Origin: a virus
Virus record (IMG/VR): IMGVR_UViG_3300037294_000405
Coordinates: 32,001-96,000 of that record
Length of the DNA: 64,000 nucleotides
Strand: one strand, 5' to 3'
Shown: piece after piece, positions 41,101-51,134 of the stretch
Layout of the letters: each line of letters begins with the position of its first letter
Numbering within the stretch: position 1 is the stretch's first letter
The notes under the pieces: model-generated
The model's input: only the letters and a program-made list of their open reading frames with translations
Told to the model about the DNA's origin: nothing
The model's database searches: none
Made by a program: the position numbers and the translations under genes

Positions 41101-42394
41101 AAAACAATTAACTGGTACTGGTTGTAAAAAATGCCCACCAAATGTAAGCAATAAAGATAGAGATATTTTATGTCCTAACGATACGTTGCAGTGTAAACAA
41201 GATAGACGTGCAACTATTAATTTCGAGTATAGCAGTCAAATGGCAGAAGATGAAATGGCTACACCACCACCAATAATTAAAAAAAGGACTAAAACTATAA
41301 ATACAACTATAACAAATAGATTTTATACTGAATGTAATTATTTTGAACAATTAACCTATAGCGACCCTTTTGTGTTTGATAGTTTTAGAGAAAAAATTCG
41401 TTATTTTCACCCAGCCTTCCACTCAACAACACCAGAAGGTTTAAACTCTAGGTTAACGTTTTTACTACAGTGTACCAGACAAGGTAAAACTAAAGAAGAC
41501 CAAGGCGCTAATAATTTAGCTTTTGGTAGAGCTCCAGTTTGTATACTTAGAATAGGTGATTTTTACAATACAAAAATTATTATCGATAGTATTAATATTG
41601 ATTACGAACCATTGGTTTGGGACCTTAACCCAGAAGGTATAGGTGTACAACCTATGATAGCAAATGTTAGTATGTCTTTTAAATTTATAGGTGGTTCAAC
41701 ACTTATGGGACCATTAAATAAATTACAAAATGCGTTATCATTTAATTATTTTGCTAACTCACAAGTTTATGACCCTAGAGCTGATTATATTTCAAAGGAT
41801 AAACCATTAAGAAAAGATAAAGACGGTAACGATTTAGCTGATGCACCATATTATCTTAATAATTTAATTGATGAGCCACCATACAATGGAAGTGTTAAAG
41901 CTTATATTGAGGGAGGTACAGCTACAAATGAAACAATAACCGATAACACACCAGAAATCGACCAAGAAAAAGCGGCTGAACAAGCTTCTGTAGCTTTTGG
42001 ACCACAACAATCTCCCGCACCACAACCAACAACAATTGAAAAAATAGAGTGTATTGATATAAAAGTAGATGGTGTTAAAATTGGTAATGATTTTAATGGT
42101 TTATGTATATTAACTTTTAAGGCAGACAATTTAATAAAAGATTATGATTATAGAGTTACACTTTATGATGCTAAAAACACAGCAATAGAACTTGGTATTG
42201 GTAAATTAATAAAAACAGAAGCGACACCATTACCCATACCATATCTTAACGCTTTTGAGTTTCCAACTCAAAAGCGAGAATTTGTTGCTCAATTTAATTA
42301 TTTATTTAAAAGAAGTACGTATAATGAATATGTTTTTAAAATTGATGTTATTGGTAAAACAACAATAAATATAACTAAAGAAATTATTATTTAA
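38195..42394 (+). CDS. large baseplate / tube-initiator protein with an embedded OmpA-like domain
   Basis: FSENNSVSW....IGRGESVYTY..TERSG.LSF and P.C.LRIGD...IIDSI..Y tube-initiator-like segments flank ITGYAS..G...YN.KL...RA...DRR. Confidence 0.7.
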   Translation: MPIFYNTSAPTPTTKNTITDVATNYGIRDFLLNLNLLPTYPQISTSLNGSPKIGEPVLDTLVNNGSNVIPLYLPLETNGILFKDLNININTFQNGSSTANALTDINYISAIPNVNFPNSVWPQGTQNYPTTANQDVNDYGLIGKTIDGQFRKKNVIKNLYLDVSKQIDMADFINLNPLDITQQVSGYLDTYGGLNLGGSGAIQAANVIGSVISGQGLGFSKGGVVPNFDIRSSLAGRILGATGIVKDTKLGNIGGQQLALALANNAAFNVQQEILGSLNVKNNILSLIKGDGLVGLRPSYKITIPKSGGGRILDTAGKILGFTIPRSYLEPEGSIFQTENNGAGNIERANSMILNTGKGQIETLLKNIKANQIGTNAGGSDNPSKSLFRSGYAPAFANNKGQTQITDALVYAFSKNGAKINLFSSTDGIADLSYLREEKVSGDGFKSPEENFTGTYQVYDSVNDRIKFISNSGYDERKISDVGFTWTSNSSSKSVNARADYDGMTGDKKSLLVKTQILFNSIGMKNVISRKGDMNKQSTQIQTANGKGFSKGNAVLQEGLFDLSTGRYSGGTYSAEDTYCRSWTTLDRYDTVSKMVRSHGLWDSNNVPYRLNSENSILDEYGFPKIAPYANAPSDPKKFMFSIENLAWSDEYENLPECEVGPGDLLSGKKGRIMWFPPYDIQFSENNSVSWEANNFIGRGESVYTYNNTERSGNLSFKIVVDHPSYVNSFRGSSGPDDHYINSFWAGCIDPNSEMGKKLTVSERSVSTPDDLTIPVKKNPTPEKPPGPLSVYFPNDNSEIYKPYENGLMSASTTPIDYLINKNGAGEGLGSYKADFTPGNHNNSKLSDGEGWPDRYDYGLNYSQSGASGSLETKTTLVGADDFEIRGYFDPNTDVFIIKHLTEVCPHCVATITGYASQQGSPVYNEKLAKSRAEKIKEDIKQKWWPSIKAALPKLTESDFDKRFKIGETKQLTGTGCKKCPPNVSNKDRDILCPNDTLQCKQDRRATINFEYSSQMAEDEMATPPPIIKKRTKTINTTITNRFYTECNYFEQLTYSDPFVFDSFREKIRYFHPAFHSTTPEGLNSRLTFLLQCTRQGKTKEDQGANNLAFGRAPVCILRIGDFYNTKIIIDSINIDYEPLVWDLNPEGIGVQPMIANVSMSFKFIGGSTLMGPLNKLQNALSFNYFANSQVYDPRADYISKDKPLRKDKDGNDLADAPYYLNNLIDEPPYNGSVKAYIEGGTATNETITDNTPEIDQEKAAEQASVAFGPQQSPAPQPTTIEKIECIDIKVDGVKIGNDFNGLCILTFKADNLIKDYDYRVTLYDAKNTAIELGIGKLIKTEATPLPIPYLNAFEFPTQKREFVAQFNYLFKRSTYNEYVFKIDVIGKTTINITKEIII

Positions 42395-42403
42395 TATATA
42401 ATT

Positions 42404-42724
42404 ATGGGACAATATGTAGATAGATATAATGCGTTCAGAGTTAACGCTAATATGAAGCCAGTGATTGGTATAACAATACCTAATTCTGGTCAAGATAAAA
42501 ATATGATTTATAAACATGGGTTAACTAGACTTGACAAATTGAGTCAGATGTATTATAATAATCCATATAGTGGTTGGTTAATTATGTTAGCTAACCCAGA
42601 ATTTGGTGGTTTAGAATTTAATATACCAGATATGACATTAATTAGGGTACCATACCCTTTTGATAGTGCTATAGGTAGGTATAACGAACAAATTACAAAA
42701 CATAAAATATTATATGGCGAATAG
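42404..42724 (+). CDS. LysM-like baseplate wedge protein (gp53 / tail X-like)
   Basis: RLDKLSQMYY......WLIMLANP......IP....IRVP. Confidence 0.75.
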   Translation: MGQYVDRYNAFRVNANMKPVIGITIPNSGQDKNMIYKHGLTRLDKLSQMYYNNPYSGWLIMLANPEFGGLEFNIPDMTLIRVPYPFDSAIGRYNEQITKHKILYGE

Positions 42725-45700
42725 AATAACAAATAAGATAGGTTGTGAGGCTGGTAGAACAAAAATTGTTGACCCAAATAATTTTAGTGGTTTTGATTCT
42801 GAAAGTAATATATCGGTACCATTAGAGGACTTAAATATTTCGGTTGTTTTATCTACAACAAGAATGGGTAGAACAGTTTTAACTAGTAGTGATGATGAAA
42901 ATACTGTAGGTACTAGAGAAAGCTCTAAAACTATGACAATAAATTTTATTGAGGGAAGTGATGTTTCTGGTAGAAAAGTGTTAACTACTAACTATACCGA
43001 TTTAACTTCTCTGGGTTCAGATAGTAGTAATGATGAGGCTTTAGGTATTACAAATATTGAGATTGATTTTAATTCGTCTTATGCACCAATGGTTAATATT
43101 GATTTTGTTGATGTTAGAGGTAGCGCTATTTTCCAAAACGAACAAAATATTTCTGGTAATAACACATCAAACAAATATTCTACTTTTTTTCAATTACCAT
43201 ATCCAAAATTTGAATTAGAAATTAAAGGTTATTACGGTAAACCAGTTACATATTGTTTACACATGCTTAAATTTAATTCAAAATTTAATTCAAAAACAGG
43301 TAATTTTGAAATTTCATGCCAATTTATTGGTTATACTTATGCTATGTTATCAGATATGTTACTAGGTTATCTTAAAGCAATACCATACACAAAAATCGGT
43401 GAAGAAATACATAATAGATATAACGATGAACGTGGTTACGAAGTGATAAGATTGGTAACTTTAATGGAAAATATCCAAAAAATAAATGGTGGTGTTGAAA
43501 AAATAGCTCAAAACTCAAAAAATGCTGATTCTTTTGGTAGAGGTAATGAAGCTATTGAAAAATTAAATAATATTGAAGCGATAATTAATTCGTTAGGTAG
43601 TAATTTAGATTTAAGTCGTGAAGTAAAAGATAAACATTTTTTCGTTGTAAAAAAAAATATAGCGTTAACAGACGAACAAACTGGGTATACAGAAGATTAT
43701 AAAGTATCAGTAGTTGAAAAAATAAAAGAATTTAAAGAAATGAATTCTGGTGGTAACTTAGACGAAAATTATTTTTTACTTTTTGATAAAGTAGATACGA
43801 ATAAAGGTTTATACACATCAGTTACTAGACAAATGTTCGACCCAACTAAAAATGATTTATTTGACCAAACAACTTTATCTAAAACTTTAGGTTCACCAAA
43901 TAATTTAGAAAAATTAAAAAAAGAAATATTTTCTTATTTAAAAGATTATGAAATTGCTGATAATGTTAAATTAGACATATACAATTTTAATGGTTTATAT
44001 GATAAAATAAGCGCTGCTAGATTAGTTGTAAATGAACAAATTAATTCTAGTAAAAAAGAATTAGCTTTAGAATTAAAAGAGAACGTTGCTGAATCTTTAG
44101 GTTTTGACCCAACAGTTAGAAGGATAATTGAAATTTTCACAAATGCGATTGAGGTATTCATGGAAAGTATTTATACTGTTTCTACCGCAGCTGAAGAAAA
44201 AGGTGATGGTAGAAGAATTTTACAACTAGAATCAAAATTTGGTGTTGAAATAATAAATTCGGATATAAAAAAAGAAAAATTACAAGAAAAAGAGTTTTAT
44301 GCTTGGCCAGCTTATAGAGAAAAAGACCAATTAACCAAAACATACGTTGATAAATATTTAGGTGAAGATGGTGTCTTAGAAAAACCAGACCATGTTGATG
44401 AATTAGTTTTTATTGATGATTTATTAGATGCGTTTATATTCGCTCAAAAAGCATCCGATGACGTACTTGATGATATAACACAAAGTGAAACTACTTGGTT
44501 TCCGATTTCACCTATAGATACTAGTATTTTTATAGATACAGAACCTTATTCTAGAACTGAATTGTTAAGTAAACAAGATGTTATGAGGCTTATGTTAATA
44601 AGAGGTATGACTTTTTTAGCTTATACTAATGACCAAGACTCATTAAGTGTTAAAGAAATTGAAACAATGGCAATAGCTGAAGCAGACGCTATTGTTAGAG
44701 GTGTAACAAATAAAGATTTAAAACAAATTATAAGCAATATAAGTGCTAGTACTGTAGCTAACACCACTGGTACTATAAATGGGGTATCTAGAAACGTAGT
44801 TAAATTAGCTACAAGTATTGACGGAAAACCAGTAGACCCTTATTATTATTATGATTATATCTATAAAGACCCAAATAATTTTAAAATTATCCCAATACAA
44901 AATGGGTTTAATAATAAAACATGGGGTGATGTTAGTGGAGGTGTAAACACACAAAAAAACTATGCTAATTTACAAAAAGATAGTGAAAGTGGTAATTTAT
45001 TTTTAACAAACTATTCCTCTTCTTTTGGTTCAGCAGTACAAACGAATGTTTTAAATGGTTTTAAATCACCAATCGACCAACATTATAAATATTTAGATGG
45101 TGGTACATATATTAAAATATTAACATTAAATGAATATAATAAAACAAAACAATTATACCCTGTTGAAGGTGGCGTGGAAACAAAAATTTCACCTTTAAAA
45201 TTAAGTGTTTTAAACAATGTAGTTTTAACACCATCACAAGTGTCAGAAGCTGGTTTTAACGTATTTGCTGGTCCTTTAGGTATGCAAGAATTTTCTTTAA
45301 TGGATTTTGGTAATGGTATCCAAGGCCCATTAAGTTTTGCTTTTTACCGAGATAAAAGACCAGGTTTAGCACACACCAGAAAAGCTTCTGGTGGTAATAG
45401 TTCTATTTTTGATTTAAGTAAAAACCCACAAACAGTACCAGAAAACCAACAGAATATTAATTGGGGTGATATTATTAGTAAAAAATTACACAATAAATGG
45501 GGTAGTAATAGAGAATTATTGCTAGCTTATTATTCGGGTTATACTTCTGACTTAACTTTTCCTTTTTTATTATTACCTTTTCAATATGGTGACCCAAACG
45601 CATTTGAACCAGATTTTATTGAAAATACTGAAAGTAAAGGTATTAGTTTATTTGGCTCTACTTTATACTATAATCAAACTAGCGAATACTCTAAAGCGAT

Positions 45701-48700
45701 GTTGTTTTTACACACATTGCCTTTTGTGGGTAACGGTATTGACCAAAACTCACAATCGGATGGCCTTCTTACAGGAGAAGACTGGCCAGAAACCATTAAT
45801 TATATTAGAAATATTTTTAGTGTACGTGGTGGTTTTGTAACTGTACCAAGACTTTGGTGTGCTTATATTGGTAGTATTCTTTGGAGGTTGTCAACTGAAG
45901 CTCCAGAATTAACAGATGGAAAACAAACTGGTGGTGGTTCTGGTACTAACGACCCCATAATTTGGCGAAAAAATAAATTACCAGATAACACCATAGAAAC
46001 TTATAAAGAACCCACTAAATTTAGCTATATTGTAAGTCTTTATGATAAAGATAAAGGGTATACTGGACCTGTGTTAATCAGCCCAAGAGATTTATTAAGA
46101 ACGTTACCACAACAAGTTAAAAATGAATTTAGAAAAATATTTTTTAATTTTGTTAATGGTAGTGATAATTTAATATCATGGGATACAATTAAAAATGGTT
46201 TAGAAATTTGGGATGGTAATGGTGTTGGTTTTGAAACTTTACTAAACAATTCATATACTAACCTGTCCCAAATTAATAATTTAAAAAATAAAGATAAATA
46301 CGAGGTAATAATACCACAAAATATTTTAGGGGAAAAAGATAATTTTAGATTAGAATTAAAAGATGGTTATGGTACTAACGATTCAGTTAAAACGTTAATA
46401 AATGCTTTGGTCGAACCACTTATAATAGCTAATAATAACTATGCTATCTGGAGAGGTCCACAAAAAGAAAAATATGGTACTGATGGTGATTATAAAACAA
46501 ATCTTAGAGGGGGGATAAATGTTTACAAGGAAATTTTTGATAAATATTTCGAAAAATTAACTAACCATTTAGAAGCTACTGCGGATTCTTATTCACCTAC
46601 AAATGAAGATAAACAAATACGACAAGAAATTTTTGGTACCGCAAATGAGGATGTAATAAAACTATTATTATATAAAACATGTAAAAACGTACATGATAAG
46701 TGGTTAGCTGGTACTACAGATATAAATAATATCATTTTTCAATGCGGTGCAAATAATAGAAGTAATACTGATTCTAAATTAGCTATTCAATATAAAAGTA
46801 AAACATCGCCAAAATTAATTGACAGTTTTAGGTTTATTAGTAGGTCATTTAAAGATATTGGTGATAAATTATATGTTAATCCGTTACCAATTAATGATTT
46901 TTTATTAGAAAACCCTAACACTTCGTCTTATAGTGCTATTAGTCAATTATTATCCGATAATAATTTTGATTTTATTGCATTACCTAGTTTTATTAATTTT
47001 AAAAATAAAGAAGAAGTAGAAGCGATATTTCAACCTTATGGTAGTTACACCGAAGCTATTGCTGGTGGAACTTGTGGGCCTTCATTTGTTTGTGCGTATG
47101 TTGGTAATAAATCACAGCATTTGGATTATAGTACTTCTGATTATCCTAACGATGGTTTCGACCTTAGATGTTTATATGATGAAAAAGGTGTAAATATTAA
47201 CCCTAGTATTCCAGATGATTTTAAAACAGATGATGAGCCTTATGAGGACGCTGTTGGTGCTTTTGTGGTAAGGTACAGTCAACAAAATCAAAATTTATTT
47301 AAGGACATTAGTTTGGACCAAAGTGAGTTTACTGAAACGGATGAATCGTTACAGATACAAGATGATATATCTCAAAAAGGTGGTGCAAATAATAGAAGTA
47401 TTGCTGGTCAAAATCTTTACAATGTTTATTCAGTAAGAAGCTATACGGCCCAAATTGAAATGATGGGTAACGCTATGATACAACCTATGATGTACTTTCA
47501 ATTAGATAATATACCTATGTTTCATGGTGCATATATGATTACAAGAGTCAAACACTTAATAAAACCAAATCACATGTCAACAAATTTCACAGGTGTTAGG
47601 ATTAGGTATGCGGAAACACCTTTAATTACTGCATTGGATTTATATATGTCATTTATTGATAATTTAGGGATTACAGGTGGAAATAGTAGTGGTAGTGGTA
47701 GTGGTAGCGCTACAAGCGGTTCTTTTCCACCAATAGTTAGAACAATTATGGACAATGGTGGTTTTAACGGTGATATAGAAAAAGGTGATAACATTAAACT
47801 AACACAAACCCCTAAAATTAATAATGTTGGAAATACAGCCACAAGTAAACAAATGTTAGACGAAGCTGTTTTACCTTTAAAAGAAATGCTAGAAGCGTTT
47901 GTTATATTTGCTAAAGACCAAAATTACCCTAAAATAGGTGAAAATTATTTATCCATAACTAGTCTATATAGAAGTCAAACATATCAAAAGTCATTATATG
48001 ATGCGTGTCAGCGTAACCCTAATTGTACAAAAGGCTCTGTAGCACGACCTGGTTCATCAAATCATTCTTGGGGTATAGCTGTAGATATACAAATGATTGT
48101 TCAAAAAACTAGCCCAACTAATACGTTAAAAAAAGGTAATTTCACACCAATTAAGGCAAGTGCCGCTAAAGAAGGATTTAATTTTGAATATAATACATCT
48201 TTAAAATGGTTTATGGACAATAGCTATAAATTTGGTTTCATAATACCAATAAATTTAAGGGATGGTGTTGGTGTTGATGAGTTTTGGCATTTCGAATATC
48301 ATGGTACAGCGGCAAAATGTTTATATGACGACCAACCAACAACTTATGGTTATACTCCAGATTATAGTAAACCATATAAACCTGTGGTAAAAAACCCTAA
48401 AAATAAAGATGGTAACCCAGCAGTATATTCAGATGGAGATTGTAAATATGTTTACGTTAAAGGAGTTGCTGATGGTGGTGACAACGGCCCATCGGGTTCT
48501 AGTTATCCAAATATCAAACCTAACCAAAAACAAATAGAAATGGTTAATAATTTAAAAGGTGGCTGGGTAGAAAGAGCTAGTGAAATCATTAAATCATTTG
48601 AAGGTTTTAGTACTAAAACAACTTTTGACCAAGATAAATATAGAGGTGGTTATGGTACTGATAATATAGTTACTTCTTCTGGTGCCGCACCACAAAAAGT

Positions 48701-49037
48701 AACAAAAAATACCGTATTTACTGAACAAACAGCTTTATTAACACTACAATACGATATTAATGTTAGATTTAAAAATTCGGTGATTGATGTTTTAGGTCAA
48801 ACAAATTGGGATAAATTAAATGATAACCAAAAAGCTAGTATTATATCATATACATATAACACTGGTTCTGGTACTTTAAACACAAGAGGTATTAAAGACG
48901 ATATCGATAACTCAAATTATGATGAAGCAGCTAAAGCTATTATGGGAGGACCAATTACTGGTAAAAAAGATGGTGTTTTAAAGGGTTTGATTATTAGAAG
49001 AAAAGTTGAATCTATGATTTTTAGTAAAAAAGTTTAG
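42714..49037 (+). CDS. giant baseplate hub protein with M15 peptidase and GH24 lysozyme C-terminal domains
   Basis: MMGNAMIQP...FHGAYMITRVKH hub motif; SLYRS...ARPGSSNHSWGIAVD...EFWHFEY; IKSFEGF...GYGT...SYTYNTG...GLIIRRKVE. Confidence 0.82.
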   Translation: MANRITNKIGCEAGRTKIVDPNNFSGFDSESNISVPLEDLNISVVLSTTRMGRTVLTSSDDENTVGTRESSKTMTINFIEGSDVSGRKVLTTNYTDLTSLGSDSSNDEALGITNIEIDFNSSYAPMVNIDFVDVRGSAIFQNEQNISGNNTSNKYSTFFQLPYPKFELEIKGYYGKPVTYCLHMLKFNSKFNSKTGNFEISCQFIGYTYAMLSDMLLGYLKAIPYTKIGEEIHNRYNDERGYEVIRLVTLMENIQKINGGVEKIAQNSKNADSFGRGNEAIEKLNNIEAIINSLGSNLDLSREVKDKHFFVVKKNIALTDEQTGYTEDYKVSVVEKIKEFKEMNSGGNLDENYFLLFDKVDTNKGLYTSVTRQMFDPTKNDLFDQTTLSKTLGSPNNLEKLKKEIFSYLKDYEIADNVKLDIYNFNGLYDKISAARLVVNEQINSSKKELALELKENVAESLGFDPTVRRIIEIFTNAIEVFMESIYTVSTAAEEKGDGRRILQLESKFGVEIINSDIKKEKLQEKEFYAWPAYREKDQLTKTYVDKYLGEDGVLEKPDHVDELVFIDDLLDAFIFAQKASDDVLDDITQSETTWFPISPIDTSIFIDTEPYSRTELLSKQDVMRLMLIRGMTFLAYTNDQDSLSVKEIETMAIAEADAIVRGVTNKDLKQIISNISASTVANTTGTINGVSRNVVKLATSIDGKPVDPYYYYDYIYKDPNNFKIIPIQNGFNNKTWGDVSGGVNTQKNYANLQKDSESGNLFLTNYSSSFGSAVQTNVLNGFKSPIDQHYKYLDGGTYIKILTLNEYNKTKQLYPVEGGVETKISPLKLSVLNNVVLTPSQVSEAGFNVFAGPLGMQEFSLMDFGNGIQGPLSFAFYRDKRPGLAHTRKASGGNSSIFDLSKNPQTVPENQQNINWGDIISKKLHNKWGSNRELLLAYYSGYTSDLTFPFLLLPFQYGDPNAFEPDFIENTESKGISLFGSTLYYNQTSEYSKAMLFLHTLPFVGNGIDQNSQSDGLLTGEDWPETINYIRNIFSVRGGFVTVPRLWCAYIGSILWRLSTEAPELTDGKQTGGGSGTNDPIIWRKNKLPDNTIETYKEPTKFSYIVSLYDKDKGYTGPVLISPRDLLRTLPQQVKNEFRKIFFNFVNGSDNLISWDTIKNGLEIWDGNGVGFETLLNNSYTNLSQINNLKNKDKYEVIIPQNILGEKDNFRLELKDGYGTNDSVKTLINALVEPLIIANNNYAIWRGPQKEKYGTDGDYKTNLRGGINVYKEIFDKYFEKLTNHLEATADSYSPTNEDKQIRQEIFGTANEDVIKLLLYKTCKNVHDKWLAGTTDINNIIFQCGANNRSNTDSKLAIQYKSKTSPKLIDSFRFISRSFKDIGDKLYVNPLPINDFLLENPNTSSYSAISQLLSDNNFDFIALPSFINFKNKEEVEAIFQPYGSYTEAIAGGTCGPSFVCAYVGNKSQHLDYSTSDYPNDGFDLRCLYDEKGVNINPSIPDDFKTDDEPYEDAVGAFVVRYSQQNQNLFKDISLDQSEFTETDESLQIQDDISQKGGANNRSIAGQNLYNVYSVRSYTAQIEMMGNAMIQPMMYFQLDNIPMFHGAYMITRVKHLIKPNHMSTNFTGVRIRYAETPLITALDLYMSFIDNLGITGGNSSGSGSGSATSGSFPPIVRTIMDNGGFNGDIEKGDNIKLTQTPKINNVGNTATSKQMLDEAVLPLKEMLEAFVIFAKDQNYPKIGENYLSITSLYRSQTYQKSLYDACQRNPNCTKGSVARPGSSNHSWGIAVDIQMIVQKTSPTNTLKKGNFTPIKASAAKEGFNFEYNTSLKWFMDNSYKFGFIIPINLRDGVGVDEFWHFEYHGTAAKCLYDDQPTTYGYTPDYSKPYKPVVKNPKNKDGNPAVYSDGDCKYVYVKGVADGGDNGPSGSSYPNIKPNQKQIEMVNNLKGGWVERASEIIKSFEGFSTKTTFDQDKYRGGYGTDNIVTSSGAAPQKVTKNTVFTEQTALLTLQYDINVRFKNSVIDVLGQTNWDKLNDNQKASIISYTYNTGSGTLNTRGIKDDIDNSNYDEAAKAIMGGPITGKKDGVLKGLIIRRKVESMIFSKKV

Positions 49038-49057
49038 GTATATTAAAAATAATTTTG

Positions 49058-49065
49058 TACCTTTG
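49058..49065 (+). promoter_or_regulatory. TAnnTTTG element 4 nt before an ATG (possibly leaderless transcript)
   Basis: TACCTTTG-TAAA-ATG. Confidence 0.55.
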
Positions 49066-49069
49066 TAAA

Positions 49070-49720
49070 ATGAAGATTGCAAATATAGTATCAAACCAAA
49101 AGGTAAGTGTTTCAGAAGAATTTAATGTGGTGGTATCCATGGATGATATTATTCATGGATTACCTACATTAATAGTTGGTTTTGATTATGTTAATAAAAA
49201 TTATCCAAATTTTGATGTTATGGATAGAAAATTGGGTGAAAAACTATATTGGACACTTAAACGAACAGAAAAAAGAGATAAATATGAAGAAGATTTATCT
49301 TGGTTTATAAATAAAGTCCTTACCGACTTAATTTCAGATATAAGCTATGTTTTTGTTGACCCAATACAATATAATGCTAAAACTATTAGAAAAATAATTA
49401 GAAAATTCCATTCTATGGAAAATAAAATTACTTACCAAAATGGGCAAATGTTGTATGTTTACTCAGACAAAATTATTTTTGGTGTTGATTTAAAATTGTT
49501 AAAATATATTGGTTTAGATTATAGTAAAATAAAAGATAAAATAATTATAAAAAGCTCAGTCTTTTTGACCAATGATAAGATACTTATAGAATATAAAAAT
49601 ACCATCAATGAACTTGACAATCAAGTTAGATATATACCATATTTATATTCTATAACAAATGAACAAAACAATACTTCTAGCTTCATTCATATTCCCAGAG
49701 AGAGTGGAGTGGTTTCTTAG
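49070..49720 (+). CDS. hypothetical protein
   Basis: ATG at 49070 (MKIANIV) is preferred over the TTG at 49055, which overlaps the promoter element. Confidence 0.65.
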   Translation: MKIANIVSNQKVSVSEEFNVVVSMDDIIHGLPTLIVGFDYVNKNYPNFDVMDRKLGEKLYWTLKRTEKRDKYEEDLSWFINKVLTDLISDISYVFVDPIQYNAKTIRKIIRKFHSMENKITYQNGQMLYVYSDKIIFGVDLKLLKYIGLDYSKIKDKIIIKSSVFLTNDKILIEYKNTINELDNQVRYIPYLYSITNEQNNTSSFIHIPRESGVVS

Positions 49721-50060
49721 TTACCTAGACTCAAGATTTAAAGTTACTAAGGATAAAGTTTTCTGTTATAAAAATTTGGATGATGAGTCCAAATTAATTA
49801 TGACATTTAAAATATCAATACCAGAAGATAAACAATTAAACCTTAAAAATTTATTTACTAGTGCCGTCCCAATACATAAAAAAGGTGATGCTTTATACAC
49901 AATAAATGCTTTAAACAAACTAATCCAACAAAAATTTCCAGAATCAATTGGTAATATTGATAATAAATCGATAAAAATAGATTGGGAATTATATCAAAAC
50001 AAAATGATTCTTATTAATAATGGTGAACTCACTATTTTCAACATAAGTAGAGTTTTTTAA
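49659..50060 (+). CDS. hypothetical protein
   Basis: 133-aa ORF overlapping the upstream gene. Confidence 0.7.
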   Translation: MNKTILLASFIFPERVEWFLSYLDSRFKVTKDKVFCYKNLDDESKLIMTFKISIPEDKQLNLKNLFTSAVPIHKKGDALYTINALNKLIQQKFPESIGNIDNKSIKIDWELYQNKMILINNGELTIFNISRVF

Positions 50061-50111
50061 TGGTTTTGTGATATTTATATTAAAAAGATAATATTTACAA
50101 AAATATAAATC

Positions 50112-50303
50112 ATGGAAAATAAAGAAAACAAAAAAGAAGTTAGTAAATTAGATAAAGCCTTAGAAGGTTTTTTAAATACTGAAGGTCAAGACCCAAATTT
50201 AGATTGTAGTTCTGGTGTTTGTGTTATTAAAGGTGATAAAAGCCTTATTGAAAGAATTAATAAAAAAATAATAACAGAAGACGGAAGACAACTATTATTC
50301 TAA
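50112..50303 (+). CDS. small hypothetical protein (CSSGVC motif)
   Basis: 63-aa ORF with the late motif at 50071; TAATG coupling to the next gene. Confidence 0.65.
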   Translation: MENKENKKEVSKLDKALEGFLNTEGQDPNLDCSSGVCVIKGDKSLIERINKKIITEDGRQLLF

Positions 50304-51058
50304 TGAGAAAAAATAAATTTAACCCAGAATTACTTAAAGAAGAATTGAAAAGATTCAAGGTACTTGAAAATTATGATTTCTATCATGAAGAAAAAAAAGA
50401 ACCAGAATATAATAGTGAAGCTCTTTTACTAGGTAATGATTTAGAAGAAGCTGAAGATGATGAAAACCTAAACAACTTACAACCAGCAGATGCTGAAGGT
50501 AACGGTGATGTAGACGCAAACGCTGCTGATGCTGTTGCTGGAGAGTTAGGTGTTGACTCTGAACCAACAGGTGATGAAGCGCCAGTTGGGGATATGCCAG
50601 AACCAGCTATTGAGGAACCAGCTATTGAGGAACCAGTAGATGATTCGGTTGAAGTAGACGTTACTTCTTTAGTGCAAGGTTCAGAAGAAGCTAAAGCAGC
50701 TGCTGATAATGCTAGTAAAAATTCAGAAATGTTATTGAATAAATTATCTGATTTAGAAGCACGTATAGCTAGAATGGATTCTGTTTCTGCTAAGATTGAA
50801 GATTTAGAAAAAGAAATAGTCAAAAGAAACCCAACACCTGTTGAAAAATTAGAAATGCGTTCGTTGAGTTCATTCCCTTACAGTCAGAAATTAACTGATT
50901 ATTGGGCAGATAAAGAAGGGGCATATGATGTAATGGGTAATGATAAAAAAGAAGAATACGTATTGAAACAAGATGACGTTGATTATGATTACAGTGAACC
51001 AAACATCAAAAAAAGTTTTACTGTTAACACAAACGAATTTGAAGAAGAAGACATCTAA
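50303..51058 (+). CDS. acidic coiled-coil hypothetical protein (scaffold / internal head candidate)
   Basis: 251 aa, D/E-rich linker with EPAIE repeat, heptad segment. Confidence 0.65.
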   Translation: MRKNKFNPELLKEELKRFKVLENYDFYHEEKKEPEYNSEALLLGNDLEEAEDDENLNNLQPADAEGNGDVDANAADAVAGELGVDSEPTGDEAPVGDMPEPAIEEPAIEEPVDDSVEVDVTSLVQGSEEAKAAADNASKNSEMLLNKLSDLEARIARMDSVSAKIEDLEKEIVKRNPTPVEKLEMRSLSSFPYSQKLTDYWADKEGAYDVMGNDKKEEYVLKQDDVDYDYSEPNIKKSFTVNTNEFEEEDI

Positions 51059-51078
51059 AACAAAACAAATATACTTAT

Positions 51079-51104
51079 AAAGACCCTATTTTAGGGTCTT
51101 TTTT
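51079..51104 (+). terminator. intrinsic terminator
   Basis: AAAGACCCTA-TTT-TAGGGTCTTT followed by T residues. Confidence 0.8.
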
Positions 51105-51134
51105 GTTTTATTACAATAAATGTTATTTTTTTTG

